A DNA stretch of 64,000 nucleotides from Pseudomonadota bacterium (GCA_018241765.1 JAFEDD010000023.1:49596-113595), one strand, 5' to 3'. Positions 26,204-38,544 are shown, numbered from the stretch's first letter. Notes: a model not told the origin generated them from the letters alone. Made by a program: numbers and translations.

Positions 26204-27001
26204 ATGAACTTGAAAACAAATGCATTGGTGACGTTGTTCATGGTGGTCGCCATGGCGGCTGCCGCGGCCGATCGCGCCGATCCGCCGGGCCGCGTCGCCT
26301 CCGCCGGCGCGCCGCCCACACCCGAAGCGCTCGGCAGCCTCACGGCGGACTTGGTGTTCACCCCGATGACCCCTTGCCGCATCGTCGATACTCGTCTGAC
26401 GGGGTCCGGCGCCTTGAATGCCAACAGCACCCGCAACTTCCTCGCGCTCAACGCTGCCAATTTTTCCAGTCAGGGCGGATCGAGCAGCAACTGTGGGACC
26501 CTTGGGTTGAATGGCGGCGGCGTTGTGCTGGTCGTCACGGCGATCACGCCCAGCGCGGCCGGGTACGCCACGCTCCACGCATATGGCTCATCGACGCCCG
26601 CCACCGTGAACCTCCAATACGCCGCCGGCGCCATCCAGTCGGGCAGCCAGCTGGTGCAAATTCCGAACCCGCTGTCGTCGTACGATTTCACCCTCTACAC
26701 GTCCGCACAATCGCACTTCACGATCGACTTCGTAGGCTATTTCGCGCCACCCGTGGCCACTGCGCTCGCGTGCTCGGACACCAGCAACACGGTGGCATCG
26801 GTCGCCGCTGGGGGCTCCGCCAACGTGAACGCTCCTCTCTGCCCCGCGGGCTTCACGCCCACGGCAACCAATTGCGAAAGCGGCACCTGGGAGATGCCGC
26901 TGGTGTTCTTTCATGGCGGGACGTGTTCGGCGAAAAACAACGGCGCAGCGCCCGCTGAGCTGCGCGCGTCGCGCACGTGCTGCCGCGTGCCCGGCCGTTG
27001 A
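26204..27001 (+). CDS. Exported hypothetical protein with PCRIVDTR motif and Cys-rich C-terminus
   Basis: RBS GAGAGGA; signal peptide; FTPMTPCRIVDTR; DFVGYF; seven further Cys. Confidence 0.75.
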   Translation: MNLKTNALVTLFMVVAMAAAAADRADPPGRVASAGAPPTPEALGSLTADLVFTPMTPCRIVDTRLTGSGALNANSTRNFLALNAANFSSQGGSSSNCGTLGLNGGGVVLVVTAITPSAAGYATLHAYGSSTPATVNLQYAAGAIQSGSQLVQIPNPLSSYDFTLYTSAQSHFTIDFVGYFAPPVATALACSDTSNTVASVAAGGSANVNAPLCPAGFTPTATNCESGTWEMPLVFFHGGTCSAKNNGAAPAELRASRTCCRVPGR

Positions 27002-27015
27002 GACCGCCGCAACCC

Positions 27016-28416
27016 ATGAAGGGCTTCACCCTGTTGCGCGCGTCGCGCGCGCGCATCCAGCGATTCGTGGCGGGCGTGGCGGCAACGGCGTTTGCCGCCA
27101 CACTGCTCAGCGTCGATGCCGCCGTGCTCGCCTACGTCCCGTCCCACACCGGGTCATCCGTCACCGTCGTCGACACGGCCAGCAACGCCTTGCTGACCAG
27201 CATTGCAGTCAGCAGCGCACCCATCGGCGTCGCCGCGTCGCCCGACGGCCGCTTCATCTATGTCGCGAGCCATAACGGCAATGCGATCAGCGTCATCTCG
27301 ACCAACGCGCAGAGCGTGGTGGCGACCATCGTCGTCGCCGGCAAACCGATGGGCGTCGCGGTGTCGCCCGACGGCTCGCGCCTGTACGTGACGCACTTCG
27401 CCCCGGCGGCGGCCTCGGGCGCCGGCTCCGTCTGGGTAGGCGGCACGCTGTCGGTGATCGACACCCTCGCACGCACGGTACTGGGCGCGATCAACGTCGG
27501 CGCCAATCCGGCGGGAGTCGCCGTGGCGCCCAATGGCAGCAGGGTGTACGTCGCCAACGCCGGCGACGGCACGGTGAGCGTGGTGACGGCGGCGTCGAAT
27601 ACCGTGACGGCGACGCTTGCGGTGCAGTCGAACCCGGTGGGTGTGGCGGCCTCGGCCGATGGTCAGCGCGTGTACGTCGCCAACAGCGGCAGCGCGTCGC
27701 TCAGCGTGATCGACGCCACCTCGCTGACGGTCACCAACAGCATCACCGTCGGCGGCTACGCCAGCGGCGTCGCCGTCAGTGACGATTCAAGCCGTGTGCT
27801 GGTCAGCAACAACTTCGACGACTCGGTCAGCGTGATCGATGCCGCGACTCTGGCGGTCGTCGCCACCATCAAGAGCGGCATCGGGGCGGCGCCATCGGGT
27901 GTCGCCTTCATTCCCGGCACCGCAAACGCACTCGTCGCCAACACCCAAGGCGCAACGCTGAGCCGCGTCGCCACCGCCACCGCCAGCGCGAGCGTGGTGA
28001 CGCCGGCGTCGCTTGGCTGGCCGATCAGCCTGGGCAAGTTCATCGCCACGACGCCGACGTGTGCGCTGGATGTCAGCGGCGACAATCTGGTCACCGGCGC
28101 CTCCGACGGGTTGCTGATCCTTCGCTACCTGCTCGGCGTGCGCGGCAGTGCACTGATCCAGAACGTAAGCGGCATTGCCAGCGGCGTGACGGCACCGATC
28201 ATCGAGCAACGCATCGCGGCGCTCAATGTCGATGCCGACGGAGATGGCACCTCACAGGCAACCACCGACGGCTTGCTGCTCGTGCGCGCCATGCTGCACC
28301 TGACGGGCACGGCGCTCATCGGCAACGCCCGCAACACCGGTTTCGGCGGGGTTCGCAGCGCCAGCCAGATCCTTCAGTGGATCACCGACACCCACGGCGC
28401 GAGTTGCCTGTTGTGA
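27016..28416 (+). CDS. Secreted YVTN/YncE beta-propeller protein with duplicated C-terminal DxDGDG-like module
   Basis: Repeated PxGVAxSPDGxRxYVAN units; CALDVSGDN..ASDGLLILRYLLG and VDADGDG..ATTDGLLLVRAML. Confidence 0.85.
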   Translation: MKGFTLLRASRARIQRFVAGVAATAFAATLLSVDAAVLAYVPSHTGSSVTVVDTASNALLTSIAVSSAPIGVAASPDGRFIYVASHNGNAISVISTNAQSVVATIVVAGKPMGVAVSPDGSRLYVTHFAPAAASGAGSVWVGGTLSVIDTLARTVLGAINVGANPAGVAVAPNGSRVYVANAGDGTVSVVTAASNTVTATLAVQSNPVGVAASADGQRVYVANSGSASLSVIDATSLTVTNSITVGGYASGVAVSDDSSRVLVSNNFDDSVSVIDAATLAVVATIKSGIGAAPSGVAFIPGTANALVANTQGATLSRVATATASASVVTPASLGWPISLGKFIATTPTCALDVSGDNLVTGASDGLLILRYLLGVRGSALIQNVSGIASGVTAPIIEQRIAALNVDADGDGTSQATTDGLLLVRAMLHLTGTALIGNARNTGFGGVRSASQILQWITDTHGASCLL

Positions 28417-28495
28417 CCCTCGTCCGTCTCCGTGCGCGCGCCGTTTCAGCGGCGCGCAACCGCCCCGACAGACACCGCGCCGCAAGCGAGCACCC

Positions 28496-29134
28496 TCATG
28501 TCCCCCGCACGTACGGATTCATGCGCCGCTCGCGACCGAAGGTGCTCTCCGGGCCGTGGCCCGGAATGAACACGGTGTCGTCCCCCATCGGCCACAGCCG
28601 GGTGCGAATGCTCTCGATCAGCGTCGCGTGATCGCCCTGCGGAAAGTCGGTGCGCCCGATGGAGCCGGCAAACAGCACATCGCCGACGAAGGCGCGCTGC
28701 AACGGCTTCGAATGGAACACGACATGCCCCGGTGTGTGACCAGGGCAGTGGCGCACCTCGAGCACATGCCCGGATAACTCGACCGTGTCGCCATCCTCGA
28801 GCCAGCGACTCGGCGTGAACGACTCGACGCGCGGCAGGCCGAACATCGTGCCCTGCTCCGGCAGCGCGTCGATCCAGAACTGGTCGCCGCGGTGCGGTCC
28901 GATGATCGGTATGCCGAGCCGCGCGGCCAGCTCCGCGCTGCCACCGGCGTGATCGATGTGCGCATGCGTGATCCAGATCTGGCGGATCGTCACGCCAAGT
29001 CGCGCCGCCGCCGCGAGCAGGCGTTCGATCTCGCCGCCCGGATCGATGATCGCCGCGTCGTGCGTCTCGTCACACCACAAGAGCGAACAGTTTTGCTGGA
29101 ACGGCGTGACCGGAATCGTTTGGTAATGCAACAT
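28496..29134 (-). CDS. Metallo-beta-lactamase-fold hydrolase (YcbL/GloC-like)
   Basis: THAHIDH, PGHTPGH, GDVLF, PGHG. Confidence 0.92.
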   Translation of the reverse strand: MLHYQTIPVTPFQQNCSLLWCDETHDAAIIDPGGEIERLLAAAARLGVTIRQIWITHAHIDHAGGSAELAARLGIPIIGPHRGDQFWIDALPEQGTMFGLPRVESFTPSRWLEDGDTVELSGHVLEVRHCPGHTPGHVVFHSKPLQRAFVGDVLFAGSIGRTDFPQGDHATLIESIRTRLWPMGDDTVFIPGHGPESTFGRERRMNPYVRGT

Positions 29135-29165
29135 GTCGGCAGTGTACCGAGCGCATCGCCCTGCC

Positions 29166-30614
29166 TCACCCCGCGTTGGTGTAGGCCGTCTTCACCGTCG
29201 TGAAGAACTCCGCCGCGTAGCGCCCCTGTTCGCGCGAACCGTAGCTCGACCCCTTGCGGCCGCCGAATGGCACGTGATAGTCGACCCCGGCCGTCGGCAG
29301 GTTGACCATGACCATGCCCGACTGCGAATGCCGTTTGAAGTGCGTGGCGTACTTGAGCGAGGTCGTCGCGATGCCGGCCGAAAGGCCGAACGGTGTATCG
29401 TTGGCCACCGCGAGCGCCGCCTCATAGTCCTTCACGCGGATCACGCTGGCGACCGGGCCGAAGATCTCCTCGCGATTGATGCGCATGTCGGGCGCGCTGT
29501 CGGAGAAGAGCGCAGGCCGCATGTACCAACCCTCGTGCCCCTCGCTGCTCGTCTTCACGAGCTCACCGCCGCAGGCGAGCGTCGCGCCTTCGTCGCGGCC
29601 GATCTCCAGATAGCCCTGGTTCTGCGCGAGCTGATCCTTGCTCGATACCGGACCGATGTCGGTGCCTGCCTTCAGCGCATCGTCGACCTTCAACGCCGCC
29701 ATGCGGGTTTTCATCGCCTCGATGAACTTCGGATAGATGCCCTCGGTCACGATCAGCCGGCTGGCCGCCGTGCAGCGCTGGCCGGTCGAGAAAAATGCCG
29801 ACTGCACGCAAAGCTCGACCGCCGTTTTCAGGTCGGCATCATCGAGCACGATCTGCGGGTTCTTGCCGCCCATCTCGAGTTGCACCTTCTTCAGCCGCTG
29901 CGCCGCAGCGGCCGCGATGCGGCTGCCGACGCCGACCGAGCCGGTGAAGCTGATGGCATCGATGTGGCGATGCTGCACGATGCCTTCGCCGACCACCGAG
30001 CCACGACCCATGACGAGGTTGAAGACACCTGCCGGCAACCCGCTGCGCGAGATGATCTCGGCCAGCGCCCATGCCGAACCCGGCACCAGATCGGCCGGCT
30101 TGATGACGACACAGTTGCCATAGGCCAGCGCCGGCGCGATCTTCCACGCCGGAATCGCAATCGGGAAATTCCACGGCGTGATGAGCCCGACGACCCCGAC
30201 CGGCTCGCGCGTGATTTCGACGCCGATGCCCGGCCGCACCGACGGAATCGTCTCCCCGGCCAGCCGCAGGCACTCGCCCGCGAAGAACTTGAAGATGTAG
30301 CCGGCGCGCGCGGCCTCGCCGACGCCCTCGGCGAGCGTCTTGCCCTCCTCGCGCGACAGCAGCGTGCCCAGTTCGCTGCGACGCGCGAGGATCTCGTTGC
30401 CGATCATGTCGAGCGCATCGCTGCGCGCCTGCACGCCGCTCGTCGACCAGGCCGGCGCCGCCGCATGGGCCGCCGCCACGGCCTGCTCCAACTGCGCGGC
30501 ATCGGCCTGCGCGTATTCGCCGATGACGTCATCGAGGCGTGACGGGTTCACGTTGGGCGCGTAGGTCGCGCCCGCCACCCACGCACCGTTGATGTAGTTG
30601 TCGTGTCGCTTCAT
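29166..30614 (-). CDS. NAD(P)-dependent aldehyde dehydrogenase (alpha-ketoglutaric semialdehyde dehydrogenase-like)
   Basis: ITPWNFP, FTGS, LEMGGKN, GQRCTA catalytic Cys, EEIFGP; start at MKRHDNY after GGAG. Confidence 0.88.
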   Translation of the reverse strand: MKRHDNYINGAWVAGATYAPNVNPSRLDDVIGEYAQADAAQLEQAVAAAHAAAPAWSTSGVQARSDALDMIGNEILARRSELGTLLSREEGKTLAEGVGEAARAGYIFKFFAGECLRLAGETIPSVRPGIGVEITREPVGVVGLITPWNFPIAIPAWKIAPALAYGNCVVIKPADLVPGSAWALAEIISRSGLPAGVFNLVMGRGSVVGEGIVQHRHIDAISFTGSVGVGSRIAAAAAQRLKKVQLEMGGKNPQIVLDDADLKTAVELCVQSAFFSTGQRCTAASRLIVTEGIYPKFIEAMKTRMAALKVDDALKAGTDIGPVSSKDQLAQNQGYLEIGRDEGATLACGGELVKTSSEGHEGWYMRPALFSDSAPDMRINREEIFGPVASVIRVKDYEAALAVANDTPFGLSAGIATTSLKYATHFKRHSQSGMVMVNLPTAGVDYHVPFGGRKGSSYGSREQGRYAAEFFTTVKTAYTNAG

Positions 30615-30633
30615 CGCTGTCTCCGTGGCAAGG

Positions 30634-32385
<1,752 letters not shown>

Positions 32386-32425
32386 GGCAGCGTGGCTCCT
32401 TCGATGACGACGACGGGAACCCCAA

Positions 32426-32439
32426 TGATAGCGCTAACA
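32426..32439. promoter_or_regulatory. LacI-family operator upstream of the dehydratase gene
   Basis: TGATAGCGCTAACA, near-perfect palindrome with central GCGC. Confidence 0.7.
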
Positions 32440-32477
32440 CGAAACCCTTCGCGGCACGGGTGCTTCGCCGACACTGC

Positions 32478-33518
32478 CTAAGCGGAAGCGCGCGGCACGA
32501 TCGCGAAGCCGATGTCGCGCACTCGCGCGCCGATGTCGCGCTCCTCGATGCGATCGAGAATGAAGCGCGCCGCCTGCCGGCCGATGGCCGCGCCGTCGAT
32601 ATGCACCGTGGTCAGCGCGGGGTGCAGATCGGGGGCGAAGGAGAGGTCACCAAAGCCCATGACCGCGACGTCACCTGGCACGCGCAGACCGCGCGACAGC
32701 GCCTCGACCAGCGCCCCTTGCGCCAGCACATCGGAGCTGCACACGACGACGTCGGGAGGCTGCGCGGTGGCAAGCAGCTCGGCGGTGGCCTCTCGACCAT
32801 GGCCGAGCATGGTCGGCGGCACGACCTCCCGAACGGCCACCACGTCGACACCGAACGAGCGCATGCGATGCGTGAAGCCCGCGCATCGCTGCCGCGCACG
32901 CTGATCACTCGCGCTGACCAGTGCCGGTCGCCGGTAGCCGCGTCGGTGCAGAAATTCCGCCGTTTCCATGCCGACGCGCTCATGCGAAAAGCCAACCAGC
33001 ATGTCGATCGGCGTCGGCGTCAGGTCCCACGTCTCGACCACCGGAATGCCGCTCGCGAGCAGCATGCGACGCCCCTGCGGCGAATGCATGATCCCCGTCA
33101 GCACGATGCCATCGGGGCGGCGGCCGACGATCGCCGCGATCAGCGCATCCTCGCGTACCCCGCCGTAGCCCGTCTGGCCAAGGAGCAGTTGGCAGCCCGC
33201 CTCGGCAAAGGCATCGGTCAGCGCCTGCACGGTGTCGAGGAACACCGAGCCGGCGATGGTCGGCACCAGCGCCGCGATGAGGCCGGTGCGATTCGAGGCC
33301 AAACCGCCGGCAATCAGGTTCGGCACGTAGCCGGTGCGGGCGACGGCATCGCGAATGCGCTCGAGCGTGTCGGGCGCCACCCGGTCAGGCGTGCGCAACG
33401 CGCGCGACACGGTGATGGCGGACACGCCAGCCAGCGCCGCGACATCACGCAGCGTGCTGCCGCCGCTACCACGGCGCACGCCACGGCGAGAGGTGGCAAG
33501 GGATCGCGAAGCACTCAT
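32478..33518 (-). CDS. LacI-family transcriptional regulator
   Basis: TLRDVAALAGVSAITVSRAL HTH, YVPNLIA hinge, sugar-binding domain; start placed at MSASRS. Confidence 0.92.
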   Translation of the reverse strand: MSASRSLATSRRGVRRGSGGSTLRDVAALAGVSAITVSRALRTPDRVAPDTLERIRDAVARTGYVPNLIAGGLASNRTGLIAALVPTIAGSVFLDTVQALTDAFAEAGCQLLLGQTGYGGVREDALIAAIVGRRPDGIVLTGIMHSPQGRRMLLASGIPVVETWDLTPTPIDMLVGFSHERVGMETAEFLHRRGYRRPALVSASDQRARQRCAGFTHRMRSFGVDVVAVREVVPPTMLGHGREATAELLATAQPPDVVVCSSDVLAQGALVEALSRGLRVPGDVAVMGFGDLSFAPDLHPALTTVHIDGAAIGRQAARFILDRIEERDIGARVRDIGFAIVPRASA

Positions 33519-33565
33519 CGGCGAAAGCGCGCCGTGTGACGGCGGAAGTTGGGATGCGCGCGCCA

Positions 33566-33579
33566 TGTTATCGCTGACT
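33566..33579. promoter_or_regulatory. LacI-family operator (autoregulatory position)
   Basis: TGTTATCGCTGACT resembles the 32426 site; ~50 bp upstream of the regulator start. Confidence 0.5.
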
Positions 33580-33711
33580 CGGGCGCGATCGACGGCCGAC
33601 CTCGACGTCGGCGCGCGGAAGGTCGCACCATCGCCATCCACCCGGCGTGATTCACGCGGGGCGTCGTGCCGCGGCAACCGCGACCGCATCGCGCGCCAGC
33701 GAAACCTCGGG

Positions 33712-33758
33712 TTGACAGCCGATGCCGTTTCGCTACCATTGCGATGTTACCGCTGTCA
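33712..33758 (+). promoter_or_regulatory. Sigma70 promoter plus downstream LacI operator for the udh-lactonase-TRAP operon
   Basis: TTGACA-16-TACCAT, then TGTTACCGCTGTCA at 33745-33758. Confidence 0.7.
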
Positions 33759-33882
33759 TCGCTCGCCACCACCCGCGTTCCGATGCGCCAATGCGCTCAA
33801 GGAGGACCCATGCGCCGCATGACCCGACGACCACCGCCGCAGGGGCGGGTTCCCGTTTCTGCTGCGCACCGCGCTTTGCCCG

Positions 33883-34686
33883 GTGTCCGCCGTGCTTGAC
33901 CGGCTGCTGTTGACCGGCGCCGCCGGCGCACTCGGGCGTGCGTTGCGCCCGCGCCTGGCCGCGATGGCACGCACGCTGCGACTGTCGGACATCGCGGCAC
34001 TCGATGCCCCCGCCGCCCACGAAGAAGTGATGTGCTGCGATCTCGGCGACCGTGACGCGATGGAGCGATTGGTGGCCGGTTGCGACGCCGCCGTGCACCT
34101 CGGTGGCATTTCGGTCGAGGGGCCGTTCCCGCCGATCCTCAACGCCAACATCGTCGGCATGCACCACCTCTACGAGGCGGCGCGCATCCACGGCATGCGC
34201 CGCATCGTCTTCGCGAGTTCGAATCACGTCGTCGGTTTCTATCGCCAGAGCGAAGTCATCGATGCCACCGCACCGCCCCGCCCCGACGGCAACTATGGCG
34301 TCAGCAAGGCGTTCGGGGAACTGATCTCGCGCTTTTATTTCGATCGCTACGGCATCGAAACGGTGTGCATTCGCATCGGCTCAGCCCAGCCGCACCCGCT
34401 CGACCGCCGCATGCTGGCGAGCTGGCTCAGCTACGACGACCTGACCGAACTGATCCGCTGTTCGCTGTTCACGCCGAACGTCGGTCACACCATCGTCCAT
34501 GGCGCCTCCGCCAACCGCGATCGGTGGTGGAACGACCGCCATGCGGCGCACTTGGGCTGGACGCCGAAAGACAACACCGAGCCGTGGCGTGCGCAACTCG
34601 AAGCAGCCCCGGCCGTTGCTGCCGATGATCCGCTCTTGATTTATCAGGGCGGGCGCTTCACGGCACAAGGACCGTTTCCGGAATAG
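33883..34686 (+). CDS. udh: Uronate dehydrogenase-like NAD-dependent extended SDR
   Basis: LLLTGAAGALG, LRLSDI, VHLGGISVE, FASSNHVVGFY, YGVSK, CIRIGS. Confidence 0.75.
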   Translation: MSAVLDRLLLTGAAGALGRALRPRLAAMARTLRLSDIAALDAPAAHEEVMCCDLGDRDAMERLVAGCDAAVHLGGISVEGPFPPILNANIVGMHHLYEAARIHGMRRIVFASSNHVVGFYRQSEVIDATAPPRPDGNYGVSKAFGELISRFYFDRYGIETVCIRIGSAQPHPLDRRMLASWLSYDDLTELIRCSLFTPNVGHTIVHGASANRDRWWNDRHAAHLGWTPKDNTEPWRAQLEAAPAVAADDPLLIYQGGRFTAQGPFPE

Positions 34687-34703
34687 CACGCGCCCTGACG
34701 ACG

Positions 34704-35594
34704 ATGGCGGCCGAACTCATTCTCGATGCCCGCAACGCCACTGGCGAGAGCCCCGTGTGGGTGCCCGCCGAAGCGGCGCTCTACTGGGTGGACATCCCCG
34801 CGCGCACTATCTGGCGCTGGGAGAGCGCGAGCGGCGCCGTGCGCTCGTGGTCGCTTCCGGAGATGGTCGGCTGCATCGCGCACATCGACGGCGCGCGCTG
34901 GCTGGCTGGGCTCGAGCATTCGCTGAGCATCGTCACGCTCGGCGACGATCGCGCGGCGCGCTGCGAGCCCTTTGTGAGCGTGCGCCACGCCGCCGCCGGC
35001 ATGCGCTGCAACGATGGCCGCTGTGATCGCGACGGCCGCTTCATCGTCGGCACCATGGCGCTCGACATGGCGGCAGCGCTGCCGCTCGGAACGGTGACGG
35101 CTTATGGCCGCGACGACGGCGTGCGGCTGCTGGCGAGCGGACTCATCACGCCCAATGGCCTCGCCTTCAGCCCCGAGGGCACGACGATGTATCTGTCCGA
35201 CTCGCACCCGAACGTGCAGGCGATCTGGGCCTTCGATTACGACCGCGCGAGCGGTGAGGCGAAGAACCGCCGCCTGTTCGTCGACATGAAAGCGCTGCCC
35301 GGCCGACCCGATGGCGCCGCCGTCGATGCCGAAGGTTGCTACTGGATCTGCGGCAACGACGCCGGCCTCGTGCACCGCTTCACGCCCGAGGGGCGGCTCG
35401 ATCGCTCGCTGGCGGTGCCGGTCAAAAAGCCGGCGATGTGCGCCTTCGGCGGCGCCGATCTCGACACGCTCTTCGTCACCTCGATCCGCCCTGCGCTGCC
35501 CGACGAAGCGCTGGCCGACCAGCCACTGGCCGGCGGCCTCTTCGCGCTCGACCCCGGCGTGCGTGGCATCGCCGAACCCCGGTTCCGTCCTTGA
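34704..35594 (+). CDS. SMP-30/gluconolactonase-family lactonase
   Basis: [48 protein letters not shown]. Confidence 0.92.
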   Translation: MAAELILDARNATGESPVWVPAEAALYWVDIPARTIWRWESASGAVRSWSLPEMVGCIAHIDGARWLAGLEHSLSIVTLGDDRAARCEPFVSVRHAAAGMRCNDGRCDRDGRFIVGTMALDMAAALPLGTVTAYGRDDGVRLLASGLITPNGLAFSPEGTTMYLSDSHPNVQAIWAFDYDRASGEAKNRRLFVDMKALPGRPDGAAVDAEGCYWICGNDAGLVHRFTPEGRLDRSLAVPVKKPAMCAFGGADLDTLFVTSIRPALPDEALADQPLAGGLFALDPGVRGIAEPRFRP

Positions 35595-35658
35595 ATTTCC
35601 GCGTCCTCCCTCCCCCGAAAAAAGCCGTTCCCCACCCCTCACTTCATCAGGAGACACC

Positions 35659-36642
35659 ATGACCCGCTCAGCCACCCGCTGCGTTCGCCACACGCTCACC
35701 TTCGCCATCGCCGGTGCGCTGGCGCTGCAGGCCGGCGCCACCGACTTTCGCTCGGCGGAAGGGCACCCCGACGACTACCCGACCACGCTCGCCGTGCGCC
35801 ACATGGGCGAGACGCTGAAAAAGCTCACCAACGGCAAGCACTCGATCACCGTGTTCGCGGGCAGCAAGCTCGGCCAGGAAAAGGACGCCATCGAGCAGAC
35901 CAAGATCGGTGCCATCGCGATGACCCGCGTCAACGTGGCGCCGATGAACAACGTCTGTCCGGCGACCATGGTGCCGACCATGCCGTTCCTGTTTCGCAGC
36001 ACCGAGCACATGCGCCACGTGCTCGACGGGCCGATCGGTGACGAAATCCTGAAAGCCTGCGAGAGCGCGGGCTTCGTCGGGCTCGCGTTCTACGACAGCG
36101 GCGCCCGCTCGATCTACACGCCGAAAAAGCCGGTGAAGACGATCGCCGACGTGAAGGGCATGAAGATTCGCGTGCAGCAGTCCGACCTCTGGGTCGCGGT
36201 GATCGAGGCAATGGGCGCCAATGCGACGCCGATGCCCTACGGCGAGGTCTACACGGGCCTGAAGACCGGCCTGATCGATGCGGCCGAGAACAACATTCCG
36301 TCCTACGAGAGCTCGCGGCACTACGAAGCGGCGAAGTATTACTCGAAGACCGAGCACTCGATGGCGCCGGAGATCCTCGTGTTCTCCAAGCGCGTCTGGG
36401 ACACGCTGACGCCCGAGGACCAGAAGGCGATCCGTCAGGCCGCGAAGGAATCCGTCCCCTACATGCGCAAGCTCTGGGACGAGCGCGAGGCGAAATCACT
36501 CGCCATCGTGAAGGCCGGTGGCTCGATCATCAACGACGTCGACAAGTCCGGCTTTCAGGCTGCGATGAAGCCGGTGTATGACAAGTTCATCACCGACCCG
36601 AAGTACAAGGACCTCGTGCGCCGCATCCAGGAAACCAAGTAG
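35659..36642 (+). CDS. dctP: TRAP transporter substrate-binding protein
   Basis: Signal peptide; [33 protein letters not shown]. Confidence 0.93.
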   Translation: MTRSATRCVRHTLTFAIAGALALQAGATDFRSAEGHPDDYPTTLAVRHMGETLKKLTNGKHSITVFAGSKLGQEKDAIEQTKIGAIAMTRVNVAPMNNVCPATMVPTMPFLFRSTEHMRHVLDGPIGDEILKACESAGFVGLAFYDSGARSIYTPKKPVKTIADVKGMKIRVQQSDLWVAVIEAMGANATPMPYGEVYTGLKTGLIDAAENNIPSYESSRHYEAAKYYSKTEHSMAPEILVFSKRVWDTLTPEDQKAIRQAAKESVPYMRKLWDEREAKSLAIVKAGGSIINDVDKSGFQAAMKPVYDKFITDPKYKDLVRRIQETK

Positions 36643-36718
36643 ATCGCGCAAGCTCCGTGGCGGCGCACGATGCGCCGCCATGCGCCGCGTCCCGCGCCAC
36701 CCAGCAAGGCAGGCCACC

Positions 36719-37207
36719 ATGTACACCAAGCTCTGTTACCGCATCGCGCGCACCGCGATGTGGCTCGGCGTCGTCGGCATGATCGCACTCGTCGCCGCCG
36801 TCACCTGGCAGGTGATCGGCCGCTACGTATTGAACAACACACCCACCTGGGCGGAGACGCTCGCGCTGCTGCTGGTGCTCTACGTGACGATGCTCGGCAC
36901 CGCCGTCGGCGTGCGCGATCGCGGCCACATCGCCTTCGATTCGCTGCTGACGATGGTGCCGGGGCCGGTGCGCCGCATGCTCGAGTACCTGATCCACGTG
37001 CTGATCTTCGTGTTCGGCGCGCTCATGGCGTGGAACTGCGCGTACCTGATGGAATCGGTGTGGACCTACCGCCTGCCCACGCTCGGCATCTCCGAGGGTT
37101 GGCGCTACTTTCCGGCCGCCGTGGCCGGTGTGCTGATCATGATGTTCTCGATCGAGCACATCATCGCGCTGGCCCGTGGTCGGGAAGTCGAAAGCGCCTG
37201 GAAGTGA
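36719..37207 (+). CDS. dctQ: TRAP transporter small permease
   Basis: Four TM segments; QVIGRY...PTWAE, HIAFD. Confidence 0.9.
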   Translation: MYTKLCYRIARTAMWLGVVGMIALVAAVTWQVIGRYVLNNTPTWAETLALLLVLYVTMLGTAVGVRDRGHIAFDSLLTMVPGPVRRMLEYLIHVLIFVFGALMAWNCAYLMESVWTYRLPTLGISEGWRYFPAAVAGVLIMMFSIEHIIALARGREVESAWK

Positions 37208-37220
37208 CGGGCTCCACATC

Positions 37221-38513
37221 ATGACCATCGCTCTCATCATCCTCACGCTGAGCTTCACCATCTTCCTGCTGCTTGGCGTGCCGGTGGCCTTTGCCATCGG
37301 CCTGTCCGCCCTGTGCACCCTGCTCTACGAGGGCATGCCGCTCGCCGTCGGCTTCCAGCAGATGGTGTCGGGCATGAACATCTTCTCGTTTCTCGCCATC
37401 CCGTTCTTCATCTTCGCCGGCGAACTGATGCTGCACGGCGGCGTGGCCGACAAGATGGTCGACTTCGCCCGCGCCATCATCGGCCACGTGCGCGGCGGCC
37501 TCGGCATGAGCAACGTGCTCGCCTGCACGCTCTTCGGCGGCGTCTCCGGCTCGCCCAGCGCCGACGTCTCGGCGATGGGCGCGGTGATGATTCCGATGAT
37601 GAAGAAAGAGGGCTATCACGCCGACTACGCCGTCAACGTGACGACGCATGCGGCGCTGGTCGGCGTGCTGATGCCGACGAGTCACAATCTCATCATCTAC
37701 ACGCTCGCCGCGAGCGGCAAGGTGTCGATCGCCGCGCTGATTCTCGCCGGCATCCTGCCCGCCATCATCCTCACCGTGTGCAACCTGGTCGCCGCCTACG
37801 CGGTCGCCGTCAAGCGTGGCTATCCGGCCGGCGCCTTCCCCGGATGGGCCATCGTCGGTCGCTCGTTTGCGGCGTCGCTGCCGGGCCTTCTGGTCGTCGC
37901 CGTCATCCTCGCCGGCATCCTCTCCGGCATCTTCACGGCCACCGAGTCGGCCGCCGTCGCCATCCTCTACACGCTGGCGCTGACCGGCTTTCTGTACCGC
38001 ACGCTGACGTGGTCGCATTTCCTCAAGGCGGCCACCAAGGCCGTGAAGACGACCGGCACCATCCTGCTCTTGATCGGCATCTCGGCCATCTTCGGCTATC
38101 TGATCAGCCTCTACGGTGTGGCGGAGCTGACCGGGCAGGCGCTGGAGACGATGACGACGACGCCGTGGGTCATCTTCCTCTTGGTCAATCTCATCTTGTT
38201 CCTGCTCGGCACCTTTCTCGACATGGCGCCGACCATCCTGCTGTGCACGCCGATCTTCCTGCCGATCTGCATGAAATACGGCATGGACCCGGTGCAGTTC
38301 GGCATGGTGCTGCTGATCAACTGCGCGCTCGGACTGAACACGCCGCCGGTCGGCACCGTGCAGTTCATCGGCTGCACCATCGGCGGGGTTTCGGTCGGCC
38401 ACGTCATGCGCACGATCTGGCCGTTCTACGGCGCGCTGATCGCGGCGATGCTGATCGTCACCTACGTGCCGGCGTTCTCGCTGTGGCTGCCGCATCTGGT
38501 GCTGGGAAAATAG
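37221..38513 (+). CDS. dctM: TRAP transporter large permease
   Basis: AIPFFIFAGELM, FGGVSGS, LMPTS, NTPPVG. Confidence 0.93.
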   Translation: MTIALIILTLSFTIFLLLGVPVAFAIGLSALCTLLYEGMPLAVGFQQMVSGMNIFSFLAIPFFIFAGELMLHGGVADKMVDFARAIIGHVRGGLGMSNVLACTLFGGVSGSPSADVSAMGAVMIPMMKKEGYHADYAVNVTTHAALVGVLMPTSHNLIIYTLAASGKVSIAALILAGILPAIILTVCNLVAAYAVAVKRGYPAGAFPGWAIVGRSFAASLPGLLVVAVILAGILSGIFTATESAAVAILYTLALTGFLYRTLTWSHFLKAATKAVKTTGTILLLIGISAIFGYLISLYGVAELTGQALETMTTTPWVIFLLVNLILFLLGTFLDMAPTILLCTPIFLPICMKYGMDPVQFGMVLLINCALGLNTPPVGTVQFIGCTIGGVSVGHVMRTIWPFYGALIAAMLIVTYVPAFSLWLPHLVLGK

Positions 38514-38544
38514 CCGCTTCCCCTCCCCGCGAGGCAACGACGAC

